Source: Octopus vulgaris
Taxonomy: Eukaryota
Length of the DNA: 64,000 bases
Direction: 5' to 3'
Assembly (NCBI GenBank): GCA_951406725.2
Contig: OX597819.1
Span: forward strand, 52,824,001 to 52,888,000
Positions 11,752-25,936 of the stretch are shown one piece after another (position 1 is the stretch's first letter; every line of letters starts with the position of its first letter). The position numbers and the translations under genes are program-made. Below the pieces are notes generated by a model. It saw only the letters and a program-made list of their open reading frames with translations. It was not told the origin of the DNA and ran no database searches.

Positions 11752-12267
11752 GAATAGAGAATTTATTGGCTTGTTCTTTATACTTCTTATGTAACTACAA
11801 CTAGACAATCATGCAGTGTTGTTGAAGAGAGATTTAGTTGGTTCAATAGTGAGATAAATATTCAAAGTTGTTGTGTTTGTCTGATTGTTCATTTTTATAC
11901 TGGAGGTGCAGTAGGATTGGAAGGAGAGAGAGAGAATGAGAGAGAGAGAGAGAGAAGATGTTCCAGAAAGTTCTTGCCTTCTCATCTTTGAACCGATTTT
12001 CAGAGATCAGCTAAGTCAGGGTAGATGTTTGTAGTAAACTACTTGGGATCTTCAATGTTAATTAATCACAATCATTGCAAGCACATTTTGATAATGATTC
12101 TAGCAGAGGCACAAAGCCACAACACAAATTACTATTGATTTCAGTACTTGACTGGTTATCTATTTTATTGACAACCACAACAGAATAATCAAAGGTAAAG
12201 TTTAACCCTGGCAGGACAAGGCATATTATAATAATTACTTTGAGTTTAAAAGTAATAATTCTTCTTC

Positions 12268-12304
<37 letters not shown>

Positions 12305-13199
12305 CATCATCATCATTTTAAGCTTCATTTCATCTATAGTATTATTCTGTTACCATCTACATATGTAATGTCCAACTACTGAATGAAGTTGAAAACACAA
12401 TTGGTTCAATGACTCAACATTTCAACATGAGTAAGAAACACACATAAAACCACAGCTCAGAAGAAAGTAGTTACTATGCTTCATTCACTGAGACTGAGGG
12501 TTCAAATCAGATATGAAAATAAAGTTGTAGAACAACATATTAAGAATTCATACAGCATTAACAATATAGTCATATCATAACAGAATAATAATATAGCTAC
12601 AATGTGTCTTTGATTTCTACACTCAAGATTATTTTCAAGTGTTTGATATATACTGTATTCTTTCAACACATTTTTCAATAATTTTAATAACATAGTCACA
12701 ATAGAAAGGTGAAGAGAAATGAACCAATATTTTCACACAGACAATTGTATGTAGTTCTTTTCTGAAGCACATTCACTTTTTGGCACAAAGATAAAAAAAA
12801 AATAAGACAACAACACTCAAGGTACAAATGACAAGTGTATTATAACAAAGAATATAGCTTTCAAAGATGTTCTCCCTAAGAGTACACCTTCAGTACTGCC
12901 GATGTGGACTTTATACCACCTTGAGAATCAAACACTTGAGAAAAAATACAATTTGAAATGAACTTATGCTATTCTATGGTTCTCTATGAACTTCCAACAA
13001 TCTTATAGCTTTCAAAAGAACCATGGGAAGCTACTGTAATTTCATTTTATCTTATTACTCTTTTCTGAGCTTCATAGTATTTTGGGGGATAATTGGTAAC
13101 ATTTGGATATTTTCATAGTGGAACAGTTTTTTCTCATTTTTTTTTTTTTTTTTAAATACATTTCTTACATAGTGCATTGCCCTTATTATTCATTTTACC

Positions 13200-13460
13200 T
13201 ATATGACAATGAAGCAAAGTTATTCCTATACTTACATCAGTCTATCTTAATACCCTCCCCACTCAGAACCACTTAGCCAACCATCTATCCATTTCTTGCC
13301 CACTATCACAGTGTCTCACCCCTGACACCCTACAAGAAATATGTTGCTCAGTCCTTCCACTCCAGGACTGTAACCCTCTAGAATTCATTCTCTACCTACA
13401 CTTTTCTTGCAAACTTTAGCTTACACATGTTCAAGCTGAACATCAACCACATCAATATCA
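13200..13460 (+). mobile_element. CR1/L2-type LINE ORF2 C-terminal remnant
   Basis: From 13340 translates YVAQSFHSRTVTL*NSFSTYTFLANFSLHMFKLNINHINI, matching the SFFPRTxxLWNSLPxxVFPxxxxLxxFKxxIN end motif. Confidence 0.55.
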
Positions 13461-13684
13461 GAGTCATCACGCCTGTCCCTCTTCAGATTTGGTTTACCTA
13501 ATATAAGAAAAATCAAAATATCTACTTAAATGAAAATACAGAGTTACTGACAATTAGTTAAGAGAGGCTAGTGAGCCATATCTCATTATAGCCACACAAA
13601 TTGGTATCTGTAGCTAAGTGACTTAACTCATAACACTTAACAGTTAAGCTGGTACTACAAATGGTATTGCTAGTAGTAACAGCA

Positions 13685-14052
13685 CCATAAAATTGTTAAG
13701 TTTTAAAAATATTATTGCAAAGAAATATGCAGATTGAGAGGGAGATGCAATTTTCCAGGGTATTTGACAAAAGTTGGGTGAGAGTTATAAGTCACATCAT
13801 GAGAGTGAAATTGGGTGAGGGTGCTTTTTGAGACCTAGGATAAGGTAGAGTAATCTGGGCCTTTGCATGGGGCTTCCCCAGAATTACCCTAGGTGGTCTT
13901 CTTCTATTAGTGGGAATACTTTTTCTTTTATTGCTTAAATCTCTATCATCGAGTTCTTTTTACTCAATGCAAACACCTCTTATATGTGTTTGTATTCCCT
14001 TCATGTATTGTTCCCAATATCTAAGGCTCTTGTGACCAATAAAATAAATTAC
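13685..14052 (+). mobile_element. Tx1/L1-type LINE 3' remnant with 3' UTR
   Basis: MQIEREMQFSRVFDKSWVRV resembles the C-terminus of the copy at 37600-38098; both end in aataaaa.aaatta. Confidence 0.45.
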
Positions 14053-14146
14053 TACTACCACCACCACCACCACTTCTTCTTGAGTTCACATCATCCTGTG
14101 GGTGTTAAAAAAAAGGGGGGAGGGGCATGGAAAACCACTTCAAAAA

Positions 14147-14188
<42 letters not shown>

Positions 14189-14686
14189 TTTCTAAAACAC
14201 TAAGTCAGATTTTCCTACACAGGAAACTATATTTGGAAGAAAATGTACACGACGCGTTTGCCTAATGCCTAACCAGAGATTTAAAGATTGGAGATAAGAA
14301 TATAAAAATTGAATTTAAAAATATAAAAAAATTAGAAAAATATGAGAAAAGAAAGAAAGAAGGAAGGAAAGAAAGAAAGAAAACAGCTTGTAAGAAATTG
14401 TTTGATTCTTCTCGGCTTTATATTTCATTTTAAATGTGATTCTGTTTTAAGTAGGAGGAGTTAATGTCAATAAAATATGTGATTTTTAAGAAATATAAAA
14501 AAAAACCAGCAGTTAGAATAAATAAATAAATGAATAAATAAATAAATAAAGCTATATGTTTTTCTTTCTACGAATGTAGGAAGCAGGATCTGGAATTTAT
14601 TGACTACAATAATCAAAGGGTGTTCAGCTTAAAACATTTCATTAATGTATGATCTAGCAATAGAATGACAGTCTTTTAGCAGACTA

Positions 14687-14720
<34 letters not shown>

Positions 14721-15311
14721 GCAAAAGGAAAAAAATTTAAGTTTATATCTTTTACACACACACACACACACACGCATGCATGTACACATACATATACACA
14801 CACACCATTCATCCATAATGTCTTGATATAAAGAGAGAAAGAGAAGGAAAAAAAGATTAAACATTCTTTATCAGTTAATCCAGCCAACAGTTAAGAAGAT
14901 TATTGTTAATATTTAAAAAAAAAAAAAAATGCGCACACATGTGTATGTGTGTGTGTATTTTTTTCACTCCTTTCTCTTCGTTTGTCTTTATATATTTATT
15001 TTATATACTTAAGACTGGGTTATATAGTCAGTAAGTGATGTCGGAGCAGTTTTGGGGGAAAGGCTGAGAAGCATTTGAAGTCAGGCGTAGCCAAGATGAG
15101 CTATATTGAATTATATTGATTTCCTAAAACAGCCATAACTACTCAGACATAATATGGTGGAGGAGGTATAGGATATTGTAGCATTCATGCCTTTCCAAGA
15201 GGAAAAAAATTCCAGAATATATGAAGTGAAATGGATATCTTCTGGGAAATGAATGTCAAACAACAAATTCATTTTGATGTGTGTCGCTTCTTTCTATTGA
15301 ATTTATATATC

Positions 15312-15548
15312 ATATCCATCATCATAATCATCATAATTTTAATGTCCACTTTGCCATGCTCGCATGGGCCAGACAGAATTTATTGAGGTGGATTTTCCAC
15401 ATGCAGATGCCTTTACTGTAGCCAACCCTTAACCATTTCCATGTAGGGCAGTATTTCCCCAGTTTTTCACAAAAGATTGGAAACAAAGAACACTGCTTGT
15501 ATGATAGTGACCACTCATTTACAAGTATCAAATGATGTCAAGGCAAGG
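15312..15548 (-). mobile_element. A2-type SINE tail
   Basis: Reverse complement of ccttgacatca..ccaatc..gggttggc..aatccacctcaataaattctgtctggcccatgcgagcatggcaaagtggacattaaaa(tga)n. Confidence 0.8.
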
Positions 15549-15581
15549 AGATAATAGCACACCCCCTCCATAAACACAGGT

Positions 15582-15990
15582 CTCTTATCTCTTGCATGTT
15601 TCAATCATTAGACTGTGGCCATGCTAGGACACCAGCTTGAAGAATTCTTAGTCGAATGAATTGATCCCAGTACTTTTTTTTTAATACTTTTGCTTAAGCC
15701 CAGTACTTATTTTATTGAGCTCACTGCCAAACTGCTAAGTTACAGGGACATAAACACACCAACACCAGTTGTCAAATGGTGGAGTGGGAGGGGGGACAAA
15801 TACACACACACACTATATATATATACATATATATATACACACACACACACATATATATTTACAATGGGTTTCTTTCAGTTTCCGTCTACCAAATCCACTA
15901 ACAAGGCTTCGGTCAGCCTGAGGCTATGGTAGAAGACATTTGCCCAACCATGTGGTTGGGAAGCAAGTGTCTTCCCATACAGCCATGCCT
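15582..15990 (-). mobile_element. SINE family A, near full length
   Basis: gactgtggccatgct, gggacataaacacaccaacaccagttgtcaa, tttcagtttccgtctaccaaatccact, ggttgggaagcaag..cagccatgcct. Confidence 0.9.
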
Positions 15991-16007
15991 ATATATAATA
16001 AATAAAA

Positions 16008-16054
<47 letters not shown>

Positions 16055-16970
16055 ATACGACAATTGCTTTAATTGAGCAAGGTTAAGTAGGCCTGCCTAT
16101 TAATATATGAAGTTTACAGTTTATTGCGATTCAGATATTTTTGTTACAGAATTTTAAGTAATACCCTTATTATTTTGTATCTCATAAAGGTAGTTGTATC
16201 TTCTTTAGAATCGAAATATCAACCAGCTTCATTTTCAAAGGATCAAAGCATTGTAATATTGATTTGTTTATAACTCTTTGTGCAGTGAGTCAATAGGGCA
16301 GCAAGCAAACCAGTGACTAAGTTATTTGTCACTAATACTTCATATCTGAGACCAGAATGCACTGCTCTTGACCACTGAACCCCACTTAGCTCTTAGAAGA
16401 TGCCACTCTGTGTGCTATGACAGTACTGTAAAACTGACAACAGTGCACTCTTTAAATAAGAGATAAAAAAAAATACCCAACTTTGAAAGAAAGAAAGAAA
16501 AGTTAGTTGGTCACTGGGTCAATAACACAACATCTGTAAAAACATACAATATTACAGAAACTAATGACAAAAGCTATTTAGGTAGATTCCATGCACATTT
16601 GGTGGTTGGAAGCAGGGATAGTCTAATTAAACAATGTGAGTCGTAAAAACAAAACGGAACTATATCTCATATCCAATTCTCAGTTATACCAACTGTACCT
16701 CTACTCTATGTTTAAATACTGTTGATAAGAGTATTGTGGTTTCAAAAATATATTCATTTTTGTAGGATTCCATGATGATATGGGATGGAATACATATTAG
16801 ACCTTGTGAGAGTGAATCCAAGAAAAAATACCTGTTAGTTGATAGGCAAATCACATGCACAACCACCCTCCAAACCCAAGATCCCAGACTGGGCTAAAAT
16901 TCATCACCACTCTCCCCACACTTCATCATCAACTATAACTTCTTTTTGCATTGATCCTTCTAATAGTATA

Positions 16971-17290
16971 ACTGGCACTCCATCGGTTATGACAAGGGTT
17001 CCAGTTGATCCAATCAACAGAACAGCCTGCTCGTGAAATTAACGTGCAAGTGGCTTGTGGCAAGTGGATACGTGTACCCTTAACATAGTTCTCGGGGAGA
17101 TTCAGCGTGACAGAGTGTGACAAGGTTGGCCCTTTGGAAAACAGGTACTACTCATTTTTGCCAGCTGAGTGGACTGGCGCAATGTGAAATACAGTGTCTT
17201 GCTCGGGGACAGAACACATTGCTAGGAATTGAACTCATGATCTTACAATTGTGAGCCAAATACCCTGAACACTAAGTCACACATCTTCAC
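16971..17290 (-). mobile_element. SINE family D (tRNA head, CORE-like gtccccgagcaagacac box)
   Basis: Aligns along its length with 37154-37470; reverse strand has a gagttcaattcc B-box. Confidence 0.9.
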
Positions 17291-18074
17291 ATACCAATAC
17301 TTATGCAAACACTAACTAAGCACATATGATGCATCACCAAATTCTTTTCCTCACTATGTCACTTACTCTAATTTTTTCCTCCTCTGAACAACACTTCTAG
17401 GAAATGTTCCATCTTTTAAATTTCCCCTTATAAAACCAGTTAGGTCACCATTACAATAAATTTCTAAGCTTGACACTTACCAGATACTATTTAAACCATA
17501 GCTACTTAAATCACTTCCCCTGTTCTCGTTAAAATTTATAACATAAATTATGCAAAAGATGCAAGATTCAAACTTTTCAAAATGGCACTAATGATGGTAT
17601 AAATCAACCGATTCTAACTGGTAACTGAGACCAGATTCTGTGTTTGGTTTGCCAAAGATTTCTTGTTGTATTTAAGCAGCTGTCATATTATAATGATATA
17701 CATTGCATAACTGACTTAGTTTTGTGATTGTAATACAATATGGTCAGGTCATAGTCCAGTGCAGGTACTGACATCATATATGCAAGGGAGAGAGAGAGAG
17801 AAATAGACAGTGTATAGATGATGAGACAAAGACTACATCGACAGTGCCATGGCTGATGAGATGTTTCAACAGATTTCAGACAGTTAGTGTCATTATTTCA
17901 CTTAATATTCTTTAATTATAAAATCGTTTCATCACAGCCAGAATGAAAGAGATGCAGAGTAAGTAGTAAACTTGTATACTTTGAATGAAAAGAACTTGAC
18001 TATATTTCTTATCCATTTCACTTAAATGGAATATAGGTCTGTATGTTGAGTTGTATTTTCTGGTAATACATAAA

Positions 18075-19082
18075 CAGGTGTGGCCATAAGATTGAGAAGT
18101 TTGCTTTCTAGCCACATGATTTTAGGCACCTTGAGTATTTTCTACAATAGTATCACTCTCACCAAAGCTTTGTGAAGAGATTTGGTAGATGGAAAATGGA
18201 AAAAAAAAACCCATCATATTATATATATAACCGGTGGCATGTAAAAGCACCCACTACACTCTTGAAGTGATTGGTGTTAGGAAGGGCTCCTATCCATAGA
18301 AGTTTTGCCAAATCAGATTGGAATCTGGTGCAGCTTACCAGTTTTCAGTCAAACCATCTAACTTATGCCAGCATTGAAAGTAGACATCAAATGATGATGA
18401 TGATGGTTCTGGGTTCATTCTCATTGCATGGCACCTCGGGCAAGTGTCTTCTGCTATAGCCTCAGGCTGACCAAAGCCTTGTGAGAGGATTTGGTAGACA
18501 GAAACTGAAAGAGACACATCATGTGTATATTTGTGTATGTGTGTTTGTGTGTGTTAATGTATATATCTATGTGTGTGTGTGCCTGTGCTGTGTCTGTCAC
18601 CCCATCACCACTTGACAACCAGTGTTGTTGTGCTTATGTCCCCATAACTTCATGATTTGGTAAAAGAGACCAACAGAATAAGGACTAGGTTTAAGAAATA
18701 AGTCCTGGGGTCAATTTGTTCAACTAAAAAACCCTTCAAGGTGATGCTTCAGCATGGCCACAGTCAAATGACTGAAACAAATAAAAGCACACACACAGAC
18801 TATACACATATATGTGCGTATACATTCGTTCCTCCTCATCTTGACATGGTGTAACCGTTGTACATAGTGCAAACAAATATCACTGTCATATGAGTGGTGT
18901 CATTTGTTTCCAATCTTTCATGAAAATATGTCCAGTCAAGGGATAAAATAATATGTTGCTAGGAAATGAGTAAAGGTCTGGAACAGGAAGTGCATCCAGC
19001 CATAGAAATCTGCCTCAATAAAATCCAAATGACCCATGCAAACATGAAAAAGAGAACATCATGATGGTAGTAGTGGTGATGG
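18075..19082 (+). mobile_element. Stack of co-oriented retroposons: A head (18075-18215), C (18232-18403), A (18404-18787), A2 tail (18838-19082)
   Basis: Diagnostic motifs of each family occur in sequence. Confidence 0.85.
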
Positions 19083-19910
19083 CACAAAATGTCTGATCTT
19101 AGAAGGCGAAGATATCAAAAACAACAGAAATGAGTCATGAAATTATCCAGTATCTAACCTGGTAAGAAGAAAAACAAAAAACCTCTTCCAAAAATTACAA
19201 GAAATAACGTTTTCATTAAATTTGTTCATTGTTTACCATTTGTAGTGTTTAATTACATTGCTTTGCTGATACGGAATTTGAACAAAAGAAAGACAAAAAC
19301 GTTCTTAGAAAGAAAGGCAACACATGAGAGTAGGCTATAGAATTAAGTATCTGGTTTGTCCTTCAAAACAAAAAAGAAAATAAAAAATAAAAAATAACAG
19401 ACATTGGATTGTATTCTAAAATGTATCATATTGTAAAGTATTGTCACTGTTGCTGTTATTTTTTCCCAATAGAAACATATCCTTTTCTACACACAATTCA
19501 CATATGGCCACTATATGAAAACACAATGAAATGAAAGCTTTCAATAAAACACGCTTTAATTGAGATGGATCGATTTTTGCACCAGCAACACCACCAGCAC
19601 AGCCGATCATTATCATCATTGCCATTGCGATCATCATCACCATCACTGGCAATTTTGTTTTCATTCTTCCTTGAATGACAATAATGCCTATAATCAACAT
19701 CATTCCAGTAAAGAGCTACCTATAAATCAAACTATCCTTTAAATGACTGGTGAGTATTTTAGTAGAGCAAAGCATTAATTTCCTCATCGTTTACCAGGCC
19801 TGATGGACAGACACAGAGAGAGGAGATAAATATCAATTACAGCAAGATTGTTGTTACTTGACCAAGCTAATGACATACTGCTTTAGTTGACAGTCAAATG
19901 TGACCACACG

Positions 19911-19957
<47 letters not shown>

Positions 19958-21034
19958 ATCTCTCGTCTCCTGATACACACCCATCTGCCCATCCACAGAC
20001 CTCCACCATATCATAATATCCTCCTCATGCTTAGGTAAATATTGTTGACGCTAAGCAGCACACTTTAAGCTGGAATAATAACTCAAAACTGTTATTAATA
20101 TGAGATTTCACTAAAATATTTATTGTTGCTACTGAAGAATGGTTGCAATGATAGAATGAATGGGTTCGGAGAGCTTACAGTCATTATTTTTCCATACAAA
20201 ACTGATCAATACTATATTTATATTCCTTTTTAGAGAATTAAAATAATCATAACAATAATTTTAAAATGTCAAGTGATTGTGAATAGCTATTTTAAATGAC
20301 AGTGCATCTACACTTGATATATAGATAGGCCCTCATGAGATGGAAAAGTGTAATTTGTAACAGTGGCACATTAACACAAATTTGTAGAAGTGTGTATAGT
20401 TGATGAATAGACCCTAGCAGGTAACTGGTATTTCTTTCATGAAACCTGGATAAATCTGAAGTGTTGACATTATGAGATAACTACATACTGAAAATATATT
20501 TTTAATCTAATACTCTGATATTTCTATTTCAGAGGATGGCCACAATCAAATAACTAAAGAAGGGGAGATGGAGGGAGAGAAAGGAGAGAGAGCAGTGAGA
20601 AGAGAGAGTATGTCTGTGTAAGTGCATGCACTTGTGTTTGTATCTAACTGGTCTAAACACTGGCATATGTTGTATCCATTTATGTTTCCCAATTTAGCAG
20701 TTCAACAAATAGTGATCAACTAAAGGAATACAGAAAGGATCAGGCAAGTTGTCTCAGTTAATAATGCAAAGAAAATTTGATTTCTTAGGATTAATATCTG
20801 ACTCTCTATGATCAAAATAAAAAAGATTTTCTTGAACACACACACACACTATCTTCTTTCTTGCGCTAAAACGGTAGGTGGTAGATCAGCCCAGCAATTT
20901 TATTAGGGTTAGATACTTGTGTATGGACAAAACTTTGGTAAATAGTGTATATCAGACATATTCCTTGTCTGGTACATCATGTAGAATTGTACTATATGAT
21001 AGGGTGTATATAAACTTTTTCCCATTTCCTGTTC

Positions 21035-21257
21035 TCTCTTGTCTTGCAAGTTACATAATGACCTCGCTAGTGCTGGTGGCAGGAAAAAGGCACCCAGTAC
21101 ACACTGCAAAGTGGTTGGCATAGGAAGAGCATCCATCCATAGAAACCAAGAGCTGACACTGACATTGGAGTTCAACACAGCCCTGCAGCTCTCTTGCTAG
21201 ATTTTATCAAACCATCGAACCAATACTAACATTGAAAACAGATGTTTAATGATGACG
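21035..21257 (+). mobile_element. Repeat family C
   Basis: tgctggtggcaggaaaaaggcaccc..aagtggttggcataggaagagcatcca..tcaaaccatcgaacc..gaaaacagatgtttaatgatgacg. Confidence 0.8.
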
Positions 21258-22661
21258 AACAGTAAAAGAGTAACCTGAAAGATTACTTTAGACTTAAATA
21301 CAGAGTTTAAGGTTAGGATATGAATTCACAAAGGAATTAATGATGACAATAATTGTAATGATTACGAGAACGTGATGAAGTTTTTTTAAAAGTGATTTAT
21401 TCAGAGTACTTATAAATGAATATCTGTGAAATTAATATTAATAGAACAAACACTTTAAGCAGAGACTAATAATTAATTAGGCATGAATAGTTCTCATTAG
21501 AATGCATTTTAAAGTATTGAATTAAGTGGGGTGCCTAGAGATACACCAGTCGTAATAATATATATGGATGTTAAACGATGATGATATATATATATATATA
21601 TATATATATTGATAAAAAACATGTAGATGCATGTAAGTGTGTATGTGTGGTTGACTACTTACTCACATCCACAAGTACTTACACATACACACAAACCCAC
21701 TTTCTCTTTCTTTTCTTGGCTTCAGTTGATTGTGGCATCACTTTTAAAAGAGTTGCAGTCAATCATATTAGCCTGGTTACAGTGAAGTCACGGGGAACAG
21801 CATGGCAAATGTGAAGTTAGGTATATTGGATCTCTGAGCTAGGCCTGAGAACTGAACCTAGAACTTTTAATTATTGGGATTTCTATTTCTTTTCTACACA
21901 CAACTATTATTCCAGCATTGTCTATTTTAAGGTAACTAATGAATTTTTAAGCCTATTTGTCTCCCCTCTATGTACTTTTTGTTATTGGCTAAACTGGGTT
22001 CACAACAATTAGTAATCATGCATATTTTGCCAAACTGAGTCGTTTATACTAATAATTTGCTTGCATACTATTTTCTTCATTTTGGGATGAAAAAACATGT
22101 GCAAAACAAAAAAGGAAAAAATATGGAAAGCAAGTATAAAACTGCCACTGCTGCTAGTGATGACGATGACCAGATGCACAAAGCTCTACAATCATTAAAT
22201 AACAGATTCAGGAAAGAATAGCTCTTGATAAAAGTGCTCTTGATGCTCACTATTCACATGGTCATGATTTTAATTAACAAACTATTCTTGAAAATTCAAA
22301 TTATTCTACATAATTTATTAGCCTCTTCCTTTTTTCTTTTTCTTTTTTTAAACATCTAGTGCCATACTTCACTGTACCGTGTTTTTGGAGCTAAAAATGA
22401 ACTCCCAGGCCAAGTTACATAATGGTATGATAGAATTTTAAGAGAGAAAGAAATATACTGCGTGCAGGTGTGTTGATAGAGTGGTGGACACAACATAAAA
22501 ATTATAAGCTAACAACTCAATGCATTCTCCATTCTCAACCAATCGAAATTTAGTTGATCTGATCTGATCTGATCTGAAAACATATGCAACACAAATATAA
22601 CAATGGCTATTGCTTCAAGCCACCTGCTAAACCTTTTTGAACCTGAACTATATGCAGATAC

Positions 22662-22686
22662 TCACACACACACACACACACACACA

Positions 22687-22743
<57 letters not shown>
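22662..22743. repeat. Triple compound microsatellite (CA)n(CT)n(AT)n
   Basis: Direct reading; a similar (CT)n(CA)n(TA)n tract lies at 23122-23181. Confidence 0.95.
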
Positions 22744-22747
<4 letters not shown>

Positions 22748-23139
22748 CAAACATACACAACGGTCTCTATGGAATAGAGCAGCAGCTAAATAGCCAGTTG
22801 TATGATTATTTTTGTTTTCTTTTTGAAGTAGAAAGAGTTAAGTGTTTTACCTACTATTGATTGGAAGAAAAAAATAACCAAAAAAAAAAAAATAGTTCAA
22901 CTTATCAATAATGTCACACATATTTCTGGGAAATTAGTATGTCATGATAGCAGACCCCCTTTAGAAAATATGTGACTTCTATTGAGGAGATTAAGGTTAA
23001 GACCTACCATGAGACATCAAATTATTAATAACATCCCTCACAGAGATATTCATAAAAAATAATGACAACTTTACAGAAAATCAATGAACACACAAGTGAT
23101 GTATCAGGACCTTTTACCCTTTCTCTCTCTCTCTCTCTC

Positions 23140-23181
<42 letters not shown>

Positions 23182-24003
23182 CATCAAAGTAAGGAAAATA
23201 TTGTGTAGTTGAGCAAGATATATTAAGCACGCATACACAAACAGCAGAGAAAAATTGAATGGGTATAGTAGATGAATGAGAAATAGTGGAATTACACATT
23301 CCAAATCTGTGTGTGTATGCATGCCTACACACACACACACACACACCTATTAGAATAATGGTGTTTGAACCCATGATCTTGTAACCAGTAGTCCACTGGC
23401 TAAAAATACTCTGTAAATGTGTGTGTGCATGCCTACACACATAAATGCACTTATGATATAAACATGAAAAAGAAACCCTATGATATGCTTAAGGGACGCT
23501 GTGTACATACTTAAGCACACACACACATACATACACAAATATGAATGTGTGTACAAGAAAGAATTAAAAGAAATAGCAAATAAAGTGAAAGGCTATACAT
23601 TCTAGAATCAAACAAAGACAGGTCCAAGCTCTGCTAGAAAAATATAGTTTGGATATCATTAATTCACTAATTTGTTCTTTTTCCCTTGCTTTTTTTCCTT
23701 TCATTCCATCATTCACCGTTAAACACTAGCTAGTTAGTTGATATTTAAAATGGTTTTTGAATGGACTCATTTATTGAATTAGTTAATTTGACACTATGGA
23801 GAGGAGGCCAGAGGAATGTATGCATGTGCATGTACATAGGGCAGTGAACAGATGCTATCTCCATTTTTGAGTATGCATATCAACCAAAACATAAAAAGTA
23901 TGTCACTATACACCAAATACTTAAGTATTTCTCCACCACTTTATGTGCCAGGTCTACAAGTATTGGCAATCATGGTCAAATGATTGGTCAAATCTGAAGA
24001 TTT

Positions 24004-24226
24004 ACTATTTTACTCTTTTACTTGTTTCAGTCATTTGACTGTGGCCATGCTGGAACACTGCCTTTAGTTGAACAAATCAACCCCAGGACTTATTCTTTGT
24101 AAGCCTAGTACTTATTCTACCAGTCTCTTTTGCTGACCAACATTGTTTGTCAAGAGATGGAGGGGGACAAACACAGACACACAAATACAAACATACATGC
24201 ATATATATTGAAGGAAGCCTATTGTA

Positions 24227-24272
<46 letters not shown>

Positions 24273-24449
24273 CACACACACACAATAGGCTTCTTTCAGT
24301 TTCCATCTACCAAATCCACCCACATGGCTTTGGTCGGCTCAAGGCTATAACAGACAGGAGACACTTGCTCAAGGTGCCACACAGTGGGACTGAACCCAGC
24401 ACCATGTGGCTAGTAAGCAAGCTACTTACCACACACCCATTCCTGTGCC
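24004..24449 (-). mobile_element. SINE family A, near full length with internal microsatellite
   Basis: tttactcttttacttgtttcagtcatttgactgtggccatgctgg .. aaggtgccacacagtgggactgaaccc .. cttaccacacacccattcctgtgcct. Confidence 0.92.
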
Positions 24450-24485
24450 TCAATTTGTAATTTTTTTTCTTCAAGATACACAAGT

Positions 24486-24796
24486 AGGCACAGGTGTGGC
24501 TGTGTGGTAAGAAATTTGCTTCGCAAGCACACAGGCCTGGGTTCACTTTCATTGCATGACACCTTGGGAAAGTGTCTTCTACTATAAGTTCCAGGCCAGT
24601 CCCCCATCACCACTTGACAAATGATGTTGGTGTGTTTATTTCCATGTAACTTAACAGTTCAGCAAAAGAGACTGGTAGAATAAGTACCAGGCTTTAAAAA
24701 AAAAGTACCGGGGTCAACTCATTTGTCTAAAATTCTTCAAGAGGGTGCTCCAGCATGGCCACAGTCTAATGACTGAAACAAGTAAAAGATAAAAGA
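24486..24796 (+). mobile_element. SINE family A, internally deleted
   Basis: aggcacaggtgtggctgtgtggtaag .. caccttggg .. gctccagcatggccacagtctaatgactgaaacaagtaaaaga. Confidence 0.9.
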
Positions 24797-25061
24797 AGCC
24801 ATTTCAACTTTATTGTAGATGGATGTTAGTCATCATCATCATCATCATCACCACCACCACCACCACCACCACTTTGAACATAATAAACCACCCCTCCCTC
24901 CCTCTCTCTCTCTTTTATTGGCTCCTTTATGTCTCTGCTGAAGAAAATAAAGGTTTATTTAGTACCTTTAAGTTGGGCCAATAATCTAATCTAAACTAAC
25001 CATAACGCTGACTATTGCAGATAGTACATTTTCGCAGCAAGTCCAAATTTTTTAGATTCAT

Positions 25062-25407
25062 AGGCACAGGAGTGGCTGTGCAGTAAGTAGCTTGCTTACC
25101 AATCACATGGTTGCAAGTTCAGTCCCACTACATGGCACCTTGGACAAGTGCCTCGGTCCAACCAAAGCTTTGTGAGTGGATTTGGTAAACGGAAACTCAA
25201 AGAAACCTCTATGTGTGTGTGTGTGTGTGTAACATCGCTTGACAACCGATGCTAGTGCGTTTACATTCCCATAACATAGCAGTTCGGCAAAAGTGACCAA
25301 TGGAATAAGTACTAAGTTTACAAAGAATAAGTCCTAGGGTTGAATCGCTCGACTAAAGGCAATGCTCCAGCATGGCCACAGTCAAATAACTAAAAGAACA
25401 AAAGAAT
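25062..25407 (+). mobile_element. SINE family A
   Basis: aggcacaggagtggctgtgcagtaagtagcttgcttacc .. ggatttggtaaacggaaact .. tgctccagcatggccacagtcaaa. Confidence 0.92.
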
Positions 25408-25722
25408 AGGATGGCCATAACAAGCCATCCTGCAATATTCCCATTAGAGAAATGTAATGATATAAGTTTTTAAAAAATTAAATAACAGCAACAATAACTA
25501 TATTGGCAAATAAAGTATATCACTGATTAGCTTATGAACAAAATAATAATAATAATAATAATAATAATAACGATGATAATAATATAGGAGTAGTAAAAAC
25601 ATAATTGCATGATTAGAAGTTATTAACAATCTTTCAACCATTGATTCCTGTTTAGTGTAGTGACTTTCAGAAAATAATCAAGTCTTTTTGATTAAAATGA
25701 GTATTTTTGATTAAGAAAAAAA

Positions 25723-25754
<32 letters not shown>

Positions 25755-25894
25755 AATACAAAAACCTTAAGCTATCACTTAACATTCTTGAAATTAAGCA
25801 ATTAAGCTGTTACTCAAGTTAATCTACTCCATGAAGGGAATACCATTAAGAAAACACTGGTATTGTTGTTGCTGACATTATTGTTGCTGGTCAC

Positions 25895-25936
<42 letters not shown>

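Noticed and set aside
19143-19168. 11-nt micro-exon cag|tatctaacctg|gtaaga
   Set aside because: No polypyrimidine tract upstream; expected by chance in 64 kb.
22554-22577. (GATCT)n pentamer run as a regulatory array
   Set aside because: An ordinary short microsatellite.
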